Shown: positions 25,542 to 32,000 of the stretch, piece after piece
Layout: each line of letters starts with the position of its first letter
Numbering within the stretch: the first letter of the stretch is position 1
Origin: Bryobacterales bacterium
GTDB taxonomy: Bacteria > Acidobacteriota > Terriglobia > Bryobacterales > Bryobacteraceae
Direction: 5' to 3'
Length of the DNA: 32,000 nucleotides
NCBI GenBank assembly: GCA_963768385.1
Contig: CAVYHQ010000002.1
Span: 255,270 to 287,269, forward strand
Notes under the pieces: model-generated
What the model was told of the DNA's origin: nothing
Seen by the model: the letters and a program-made list of their open reading frames with translations, nothing else
Database searches by the model: none
Made by a program: the position numbers and the translations under genes

Positions 25542-27018
25542 AGCGGAAGATGTCGGTGTCGGCGTCCTGCCAGCAATTCTTGGGCAAACCGGCCTTGTAA
25601 CAGGTCTCATCGAGAAAAGTGGTGCGGTCCCACTTTTCTTCTACCGGGACCTGGGGGAGCAGCAACCCCTCGATGTCGCCCTTCTTCATGATCAGGCCAT
25701 GCTGTCCCACGCGGATCTCCTTGACGTCCAGCACCCGGCGGAGCGGTGAAAGGACCGAGATTTCATACTCCAGCGCGCCCAGTTCGCGGGCGGAGACCGG
25801 CTGGAAGCGGGTGTCCCTCAAGGCAGCGAACATGGCCACGTCGCGAACGGTAATGGAGAGAGGCTTGACGGGAGCTACGTAGCCGATGCAGCCGCGCAGT
25901 TGGCCGTTCTCCTTAAGGGTGACGAAGGCGCCGCGCTCTTGCTCCAGAGCCTCGAACGCCACCGGTGAATATTCGTACTGTTTGTGATCTCTGACGGCGG
26001 TTTCCACGGACTTGCGTGCGATCTTGAGCAACTCATCTTTCTCCCGCTGGCTGAGGGAGAAGGGCGGCTCGCTCGAGCCGGCACGCGCCGGGGCTTTCAC
26101 AAAGGCCACGGCGCCGTAGCCCACCACGCGGGACTTGTCGCCGGCGGTATCGCCGGAGTTCGCATACTTCAGGACCTTGGCCTGCGAGGCTCCCAGCCGC
26201 TCGGAAGCGATCATGGCGGCTATGATCGGATATCCGCCGCAGGCCTCCCAGACGTTGACTCTCGGGTCGAAGTTGCGCGCCATGCTGAGGTAGTCCCACT
26301 CCTCGATGGCCTTCAAGGTCTTGTGGTCTATCTTCACGGCCTCGTCATAGGGATGGTAGTGCGAGAGGTCGGAACTGGCGACGATCAAGGTGTTGGTGCC
26401 CTGGATCAGCTTGGCGAGCGCCAGCCCCAGCGCGCGGCAGGTTTCATAGCTCTGGTCTCCTATGACGATGGGCACAAGCTGAAACTGGCCGAGCACGCGC
26501 TGGAGGAAAGGGAGCTGATCTTCCAAAGCGTGTTCCGGCTTGTCGGGCGTAGGGGTGTGTCCGGCCCCGGAAAGCTTGATGAGCTTGCTCATGGTGGCCA
26601 GCTTGGCGGCGAACGCCCGGTCCACGGGGACCTGGCCCAGCGGCGTGGTGTAAGCAGCGCCGTCGTACACCGACGCGTAACCGAAAGCTTCGTAATGCGA
26701 CGGCGCGATGACCACCACCCGGTCGAACTTGCGGCCTTTGAGCAAGGCATAGGAGTAGGCGGCCACTTGCCCGGCGTACTCATAGCCGGCGTGCGGTGCG
26801 ACCAGCGCCACGACATCGGTTAGTGGCGGAGGCGCGGCCTTCGCCAGGAAACCGTCCACCATTTTCGCAAGTTCGTTGGGGTCGGCCGGATAGAACGATC
26901 CGGCGACCGCGGCCGGCCGCACCTTGGCGGACTCGGCGGAGCTGGCGCCCCTGGGCCGCAGCAGAACAAACCCGGCCACCAGGACGAGTGCGATGACAAA
27001 CACAGTTACGATTCTCAT
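25456..27018 (-). CDS. amrB-amrA: AmmeMemoRadiSam system protein B (Memo-like) fused to protein A (AMMECR1), with an N-terminal signal/anchor
   Basis: ATG 27018 overlaps the amrS stop as ATGA. The leader is MRIVTVFVIALVLVAGFVLLRPRGASSAES. Memo motifs are GSFYP, APHAGYEYAG, SSDLSHYH and ACGGYPI. After a linker come the AMMECR1 motifs GAFVTL, LRGCIGY and GLLLPQVP. Confidence 0.9.
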   Translation of the reverse strand: MRIVTVFVIALVLVAGFVLLRPRGASSAESAKVRPAAVAGSFYPADPNELAKMVDGFLAKAAPPPLTDVVALVAPHAGYEYAGQVAAYSYALLKGRKFDRVVVIAPSHYEAFGYASVYDGAAYTTPLGQVPVDRAFAAKLATMSKLIKLSGAGHTPTPDKPEHALEDQLPFLQRVLGQFQLVPIVIGDQSYETCRALGLALAKLIQGTNTLIVASSDLSHYHPYDEAVKIDHKTLKAIEEWDYLSMARNFDPRVNVWEACGGYPIIAAMIASERLGASQAKVLKYANSGDTAGDKSRVVGYGAVAFVKAPARAGSSEPPFSLSQREKDELLKIARKSVETAVRDHKQYEYSPVAFEALEQERGAFVTLKENGQLRGCIGYVAPVKPLSITVRDVAMFAALRDTRFQPVSARELGALEYEISVLSPLRRVLDVKEIRVGQHGLIMKKGDIEGLLLPQVPVEEKWDRTTFLDETCYKAGLPKNCWQDADTDIFRFTALVFPTPNEPPSLPGPSSPSQPERPF

Positions 27019-28139
27019 AAGTGAAGTAATCCGTCCCAAACTCCCGGGATGGCTTGCTGGCAGAACTGGCACTTGCCCCGGTTGAGGTGAATGGCCCTCA
27101 CCGCGAAGCCGGCGCGCTCCACCACCATGCGACGGCACTTGGGGCAGTAGGTGCTCTCGGCCGGATGGCCGGGAATGTTGCCGATGTAAACGTAGTGAAG
27201 GCCTTCGGCGTCGCAAATGGCTTTGGCGCGCTCGAGGGTCGGCACGGGCGTGATCGGAAGGTTCTTCAGGAGATACTCCGGATGGAATTGCGAGAAGTGC
27301 AGCGGGACGTCCGGGCCTAACTCGGTTTTCACCCAGCGGGCGAGCGATTTGAACTCCTGGTCGGAGTCATTCAGGGTGGGGATTACCAGGTAGACGATCT
27401 CGTTCCAGGTGCCCTGCTTGCGAATGGCGACCAGGGTGTTGAGCACGGGCTTCAACTCGCCGTTGACCACTTCTTTGTAGAACTTCTCGGAAAAGGCTTT
27501 GAGGTCGATCTTGATGGCGTCTACGCGGCGGCACAACTGCTTCAGCGGCTCTTCCTGAATGTAGCCTCCGCTGACCACTGCGCTCTTCACGCCGGCTGCG
27601 CGGCCGGCTTCCGCGGTATCCAGGACATACTCGCAAAACACCACCGGTTCGCTGTAGGTATAAGCGATGGAAGGGCAGTTATACCGCTGGGCCACGGCGG
27701 GCACGCTTTGAGGAGGAAGATAGGTGTTCTCGACCTGTTCGGGCCGGGACTGGGAGATCTCCCAATTCTGGCACATTTTGCAATTGACGTTGCAGCCTGC
27801 GGTGGCGATGGAGAACGCCATGGTGCCGGGGATGAAATGGAAGAAGGGTTTCTTTTCGATAGGGTCAACGTGGGCGGAACAGACGCGGGAGTAGACGAGC
27901 GAGTAGTAAGTGCCGCCGCGGTTTTCGCGCACGCCGCAGTAGCCGCGCTCGTGGTCGTCGATGACACATTCGCGCGGGCAAAGCTTGCACTTGATCTTCT
28001 TATAGGGCAGTTTCTCGTAGAACCGCGCTTCGATGGTGAACTGCGCGTCGTTGGCCGCGGGCTTGGCCGGCGCGCCTTCGGCGGCGCACACCGCCAGGCA
28101 GGGCAGGGTAGCGGTCTTGAGAAATGCCCGGCGGTCCAT
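27015..28139 (-). CDS. amrS: AmmeMemoRadiSam system radical SAM enzyme with a twin-arginine signal
   Basis: ATG 28139 lies 4 nt after the DUF362 stop. The leader is MDRRAFLKTATLPCLAVCAAEGAPAKPAA. It has an N-terminal Cys cluster (CKLCPRECV...YCGVR), the radical SAM motif CNVNCKMC (CX3CX2C) and a C-terminal CPKC...CQFC ribbon. Confidence 0.9.
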   Translation of the reverse strand: MDRRAFLKTATLPCLAVCAAEGAPAKPAANDAQFTIEARFYEKLPYKKIKCKLCPRECVIDDHERGYCGVRENRGGTYYSLVYSRVCSAHVDPIEKKPFFHFIPGTMAFSIATAGCNVNCKMCQNWEISQSRPEQVENTYLPPQSVPAVAQRYNCPSIAYTYSEPVVFCEYVLDTAEAGRAAGVKSAVVSGGYIQEEPLKQLCRRVDAIKIDLKAFSEKFYKEVVNGELKPVLNTLVAIRKQGTWNEIVYLVIPTLNDSDQEFKSLARWVKTELGPDVPLHFSQFHPEYLLKNLPITPVPTLERAKAICDAEGLHYVYIGNIPGHPAESTYCPKCRRMVVERAGFAVRAIHLNRGKCQFCQQAIPGVWDGLLHL

Positions 28140-28143
28140 AGCT

Positions 28144-29115
28144 TTAGATCTCCACTCTTTCGATGAGGCTGGGGTCGTTGGTTCCGAGCCGGTGCTGCGG
28201 ATCGGCGGCCCTGGCGATGTAGGCCGGTTCCCGCTTGACATCCCGCAACGGCTGGATGCCCTTCTCGGCCCGTTTTTGTTCGATGATGCGCCACCCCGTG
28301 TAATCCAGCGCCACCGGGTCGCGGGAAACGATTACGCCGTTGAATGGCCAGGACCATTGCGGCATATAAGAAGGTCCGCCTTCGTACTGGGGCGCGATGG
28401 CGTCGCAGATAGTCAGCCTCACCTTCTGGCGGATGGGCGGCAGCATGTTGACGTCGGCGACGTACGGATCGCCGGCGGTGAGGTGGTACTTGTTGGGGTT
28501 GTGGATGGCGCCGAACAGGTTCTTGAGGGCCATGGTCACCCCCACAATGCCATGGTCTTTGAGGACCGGCAGGTTGACGACGGCGTCGCAGGTTCGCGTC
28601 AGGGTGGTGGAGAGGAGACTCCCCACGCTGCCGTAGATGGCCAGGTCGGTTTCGTATCCGGAGGCATCGTTGCCGATCGAGCGGATGCGATCTTTGCGAG
28701 AGGCCACCTGGAACCCGGCGCTTTCGAGGTCGGAGTTGAGGCGGTCCCAGATTACGATGTTTTTGGGCGGAATTCCCGCTTGCTGGAGCCGCTCGCAGAC
28801 GGCTTCGACGAGCACTGTATTGGTGGAAGCGCCGCGACCGGCCAGGCAGTTGACTTTCAAGCCGACCACCTCAGTGGGCCGTGCGATTCGCTTCCAGGCC
28901 TCGATGGGCGAATCGGCGTCATAGATGGACTGGACGGCGCGGTCAAGCACTTTCAGGAGACGGCTGGAATCGAGGGAGGCGCCCGATGGCCGCAACAACG
29001 GGTCGCGGGAGATGACGACTTTCGATTTGCCTGGGACGGCGGCGGGGGCGGGGAGCGCGCCGGCAAGGCACGCGCGCAGGAGATTTCGGCGACTGGTGCC
29101 CGGGTTTCGGTCCAT
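28144..29115 (-). CDS. DUF362-family protein with a twin-arginine signal (paralog of 11637-12536)
   Basis: ATG 29115 gives MDRNPGTSRRNLLRACLAGALPAPAAV. The DUF362-like core includes VVGLKVNCLAG, NTVLVEAVCERLQQAGI and VLKDHGIVGVTMALKNLFG, parallel to the first paralog. Confidence 0.85.
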   Translation of the reverse strand: MDRNPGTSRRNLLRACLAGALPAPAAVPGKSKVVISRDPLLRPSGASLDSSRLLKVLDRAVQSIYDADSPIEAWKRIARPTEVVGLKVNCLAGRGASTNTVLVEAVCERLQQAGIPPKNIVIWDRLNSDLESAGFQVASRKDRIRSIGNDASGYETDLAIYGSVGSLLSTTLTRTCDAVVNLPVLKDHGIVGVTMALKNLFGAIHNPNKYHLTAGDPYVADVNMLPPIRQKVRLTICDAIAPQYEGGPSYMPQWSWPFNGVIVSRDPVALDYTGWRIIEQKRAEKGIQPLRDVKREPAYIARAADPQHRLGTNDPSLIERVEI

Positions 29116-29394
29116 ACGCAACTCCCCCGCCTGGCCGGCGAATATCAGGTGGTCCGATTCTGTTATAGCACCCGGCTGGGGCCGGGGGCCAGGGGCCGGA
29201 GGCCAGGGGCGGAGCCTGAAGCTGACCCAGTACCGGACTCGGGCACGTTCCGGGCTAACTTTAGTTAGGTACCAATGCCTATCACGTACCGTGACCGTAC
29301 TCTTGGACCTTTCGCCAGCGCCCCCCACGGGCCATACTGCAAACGATACAGTCCGGGTACAGAGTCTGAAAGGTGTTCTGGAAAGGGTTTGATT

Positions 29395-30042
29395 ATGACG
29401 CAGCTTTTGCTTTACAGCAAGGAGCCCCTTCTGGCAAAAGCACTCGAATCGGTGCTTCGCCAGGCCGGGGGGTTCGACTTGCTGCCGCTGTGCAGTACAT
29501 TGGCCGAGTTAACGGAGGAGATAGGGCACAAGACGCCGGACCTAATTCTACTGGATCATGGTCCGGAGCTGACCTTTGCCGTCTTGAGCGAGATGCACCA
29601 CGCGACGAGCTCGAAGATTGTCCTCTGGGTGAACTTGATCTCCATTGAGCTGGCCTGTCAGGCCGTGGAGTTAGGGATTCGGGGGATCCTGCGCAAGACG
29701 CTGCCGCCCGGACTCCAGGTGAAGTGTCTGCGACAAGTGCAGGCGGGTGAACTGTGGTTTGAAAAAGCCCTGGTCAACGACTTCATCTCGGCGCGCCGTG
29801 TCGCCCTGACGCCGCGGGAAGGGCAGCTTGTGACCCTCCTCTCTCAAGGTTGGAAGGACAGAGAAATCGCTCTTCGTCTGAGCGTTTCGGAGGGCACCGT
29901 GAAAGTCTACCTTTCGCGGCTGTGCCAAAAAGCCGGCATCAAAGACCGCTTCGAGCTGGCCTTGCTCAGCTTGAAGAACCTGTCCGTCGAAGCGTCAAAA
30001 ACCGAGGCAGGGTGCACGACCTGCCCGCGCGGAGGAGAGTAG
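29395..30042 (+). CDS. LuxR/FixJ-type response regulator with an atypical receiver domain
   Basis: ATG 29395 gives MTQLLLYSKEPLL. The receiver fold keeps PDLILLD and the conserved Lys (GILRK), but the N-terminal acidic pair is S-K. The C-terminal LuxR HTH is LTPREGQLVTLLSQGWKDREIALRLSVSEGTVKVYLSRLCQKAG. Confidence 0.8.
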   Translation: MTQLLLYSKEPLLAKALESVLRQAGGFDLLPLCSTLAELTEEIGHKTPDLILLDHGPELTFAVLSEMHHATSSKIVLWVNLISIELACQAVELGIRGILRKTLPPGLQVKCLRQVQAGELWFEKALVNDFISARRVALTPREGQLVTLLSQGWKDREIALRLSVSEGTVKVYLSRLCQKAGIKDRFELALLSLKNLSVEASKTEAGCTTCPRGGE

Positions 30043-30054
30043 GGAGAAAAAACT

Positions 30055-30999
30055 ATGTCACGATACTTTGCTTTGCTTTCGATCGTCTTCATGATGGGCT
30101 TTGTGATGGTGTTCGACAAGGCTCACCTCGAGGGATGTAATGCCCGCTTCTGGAAAACAGACTCTGATGAGCCACCAAGAGGTGGATCAACTGCTCATGA
30201 TTCTGTCGGCTTGCCAAAACGGCTAGGGCCCTGGAAAGTACCTATGAATAAGCACATCACGTTGATGGCGCGGCTGGTATTTGCATTCCTGCTGCTTTGT
30301 GGGCTCGCCCCGGCAGGAACCATCATTGAGCCTACAGGAGTTGACTGGAACCGCGGGGAGAGCATCTGGATCAAGGAGGATGGTGTCGACACGCAGGCCT
30401 ACTTTGCCGGGGTGGTCTTCATCGCGCTCCAGCAGAACGGCCAGGAGTATGATCGGGACACGCTGTGCGTGGACCTGTTCACCAATATCTATCTTGGCGT
30501 GGAGTACGGCACACAACTCCTGCATCCTGACGAGGTGTCGGGCAAGAACCTGGGCCGGGTTTCATGGCTGGTGGATAATGCGCTTCTTCCGACCCAAAAC
30601 TCGCCGATCATGTCGGTCCTGCCGACGGGAGATTGGGTGGAGTCACCCTCCCAAGGGGCAGGGATTCAGCTTGCGATCTGGGATATTGTCCACGATGATG
30701 GCGATGGATTCTCGGCAGGAAGGGTGCAGGCCGCCGCCGCTACCGATCCCTCCGTGCTCTCCTGGGCGGAGGAATATGAAGGCCTGAGCGCGGGCCAGCA
30801 GTCCGGCCTCGCCGTGATTTACAGCAACACGAATCTTGAGACGCAGCAGCCCGTGCAGATGCTGGCCGGACCGGGGTTCGCGGACAATGGCCCCCAACCG
30901 AATCCCGAGCCCGCCACGCTGCTGTTATCAGGGACGGCTTTGATCGGCATCAGCGTGTTGCTGCGGCGGCGCCTGCGTAGAAATCGAGCGGCTGCATGA
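30055..30999 (+). CDS. PEP-CTERM sorting-signal protein (exosortase substrate)
   Basis: The C-terminus NPEPATLLLSGTALIGISVLLRRRLRRNR has the PEP motif, a TM helix and an Arg cluster. ATG 30055 has GGGAG 7 nt upstream. An in-frame ATG at 30244 gives a classical signal peptide (MNKHITLMARLVFAFLLLCGLAPAG). The start is unresolved. Confidence 0.7.
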   Translation: MSRYFALLSIVFMMGFVMVFDKAHLEGCNARFWKTDSDEPPRGGSTAHDSVGLPKRLGPWKVPMNKHITLMARLVFAFLLLCGLAPAGTIIEPTGVDWNRGESIWIKEDGVDTQAYFAGVVFIALQQNGQEYDRDTLCVDLFTNIYLGVEYGTQLLHPDEVSGKNLGRVSWLVDNALLPTQNSPIMSVLPTGDWVESPSQGAGIQLAIWDIVHDDGDGFSAGRVQAAAATDPSVLSWAEEYEGLSAGQQSGLAVIYSNTNLETQQPVQMLAGPGFADNGPQPNPEPATLLLSGTALIGISVLLRRRLRRNRAAA

Positions 31000-31000
31000 G

Positions 31001-31882
31001 CTACCGCTCTCCCGGCGGCGGAGCGTTCGGATTGCGGCCGCCGCGGCCACCGCGCCCTCCGCCAGGCGGCACCCAGCCATCGTTGGATGGACCGTTCTGG
31101 AAGAAGAAGGCGTCGTTGCTCAACGGATGGCCGGTGGCATAGGTTGCGTTGGCCTGGCCGAAGATCTTGCCCGCCCTCTTCGTGTCGTCGTGAATCTTGG
31201 TGATCATCGCCTGGTATTGGGGGGAGTTCTGCGGGTATCCCGAAAACTGGCTGAGATCGTTGTTCCCGACGATTACGACATCCACACCGGGCACCGAGGC
31301 GATATCGTAGGCGTTGGCAACACCGGTGGGGGTCTCGATCATGATCACCACCAGCATGTTTTCATCGACGGTGGTCCGGTAATTGATACCGTTGATGCCC
31401 CATAGCGTCGAATACTGGCCCCCGCCCGAACTGCGCCTTCCGTAAGGCGGATACCGCGCCCACATGGCTCCCTCGCGAGCCCGGTTAACGTCATCCACCG
31501 TGGGAATAATCACTCCCAGACAACCGATATCGGTGGCATGCTGGATATGCCATTCCTGCGCGTCGGGCAGCCGGATCATGGGAATAGCGGGGACGTGCGG
31601 GCACGCGGCGATCATCTTCTCGATATCGCCGAACTCCAGGGTGCTGTGCTGCATCTCGAACCAGGTGTAGTCGTAGTGTTTGGCGGCCTCGCAATAAGCG
31701 GCCGGGTCCATCTTGGATTGCGAGAAGCTGAAGATCTGTTTGCCTTCGAGCAGCTTCTGCTTGGCCGTGTTGTAAAGGTGCAACGGTTTGGTAATCGGCG
31801 GCGCCGCCGTTTGTGCTTGTGCCGAAACCAGGCACAACATCGTGCCCACAGCGGCGGGCAGGAACATTCGTTTGATGTTCAT
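31001..31882 (-). CDS. HpcH/HpaI-family aldolase-like protein with a signal peptide and a Gly/Arg-rich tail
   Basis: ATG 31882 is preceded by GGGAGAG and gives MNIKRMFLPAAVGTMLCLVSAQAQ. The HpcH/HpaI-like core includes YDYTWFEMQHS, PMIRLP, GVIIPTVDD, VVIMIETP, VDVVIVGNNDL. The tail is PPGGGRGGRGGRNPNAPPPGER. Confidence 0.7.
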   Translation of the reverse strand: MNIKRMFLPAAVGTMLCLVSAQAQTAAPPITKPLHLYNTAKQKLLEGKQIFSFSQSKMDPAAYCEAAKHYDYTWFEMQHSTLEFGDIEKMIAACPHVPAIPMIRLPDAQEWHIQHATDIGCLGVIIPTVDDVNRAREGAMWARYPPYGRRSSGGGQYSTLWGINGINYRTTVDENMLVVIMIETPTGVANAYDIASVPGVDVVIVGNNDLSQFSGYPQNSPQYQAMITKIHDDTKRAGKIFGQANATYATGHPLSNDAFFFQNGPSNDGWVPPGGGRGGRGGRNPNAPPPGER

Positions 31883-31912
31883 AAAGCTCTCCCTAATTCT
31901 AGGGGGCAAACC

Positions 31913-31963
31913 GGGGACAGGCAGCGAATTTCGCAAAGGCGGCGAAATTCGAAGCCTGTCCCC
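31913..31963 (-). terminator. Long compound hairpin between two minus-strand genes (possible terminator/attenuator)
   Basis: ggggacaggc (31913-31922) pairs with gcctgtcccc (31954-31963). The nested pair gaatttcgc (31926-31934) / gcgaaattc (31942-31950) closes a 7-nt loop. On the minus strand it is followed by GGTTTGCCCCC, so there is only a partial U-tract. Confidence 0.35.
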
Positions 31964-32000
31964 CACTTCTTCTACTTCACGACGCCGGGCGCCGTCTCAC

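Noticed and set aside
22534-25610. Minus-strand ORFs 22534-23289, 23730-24650 and 24702-25610
   Set aside because: They are antisense to the TIM-barrel isomerase and fused MFS/SpeE genes and are Arg/Gln/His-rich shadow frames.
28033-29268. 411-aa + strand ORF; also 25984-26823 (+, 279 aa), 11697-12581 (+, 294 aa), 12392-13384 (+, 330 aa) and 10302-11099 (+, 265 aa)
   Set aside because: All lie antisense to minus-strand genes with clear family motifs (DUF362, radical SAM, Memo, polyferredoxin), and all have low-complexity Arg/Gly/His-rich translations.
27019-29328. Longer N-terminal extensions offered by the ORF track for the amrB-amrA fusion (to 27216), amrS (to 28241) and DUF362 (to 29328)
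   Set aside because: The amrB-amrA and amrS extensions overlap the preceding gene's coding region, and the DUF362 extension runs into the divergent intergenic spacer; all three encode Arg/Pro/Ser-rich sequence. The internal ATGs give canonical export leaders and operon-type junctions (ATGA overlap, 4-nt gap).
31972-32000. Possible 3' end of another minus-strand gene (...ETAPGVVK then TAG at 31972-31974)
   Set aside because: Only 9 codons fall within the window, so it cannot be supported.

Overview
High-GC bacterial chromosomal segment; hand-counted 60-nt lines in backbone genes reach about 73% G+C. The gene content suggests Acidobacteriota, which is an inference: tandem ADOP-type orphan FtsX permeases, a PEP-CTERM protein, two fused MFS/spermidine-synthase proteins, and many Sec/Tat-signal enzymes. 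I call about 28 protein genes and one tRNA-Arg(UCU); no rRNA, CRISPR array, transposase or integrase was seen. Many long ORFs in the track are antisense artefacts of the high GC and were rejected. Four things stand out. (1) A tightly coupled minus-strand operon (25456-29115) encodes DUF362, the AmmeMemoRadiSam radical SAM enzyme, and a Memo::AMMECR1 fusion, and every product starts with an export signal, including a textbook Tat motif on the radical SAM enzyme. (2) A second Tat-DUF362 gene sits in a four-gene operon (9583-13333) with a secreted unknown protein, a NapH::NapG-type fused polyferredoxin and a secreted RidA. (3) A 3.2-kb islet (18520-21786), low in GC over its ATPase-gene half, abuts tRNA-Arg(UCU) and is bounded by an exact 19-bp direct repeat. 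It carries a PIN/HTH toxin-antitoxin pair and a single-chain ABC-ATPase+TOPRIM (OLD/PARIS-like) nuclease, with no integrase. (4) Twice in the window, a TIM-barrel sugar epimerase/isomerase gene is followed within 1-2 nt by a fused MFS/spermidine-synthase gene. Family assignments rest on motif recognition by eye; no database search was run.
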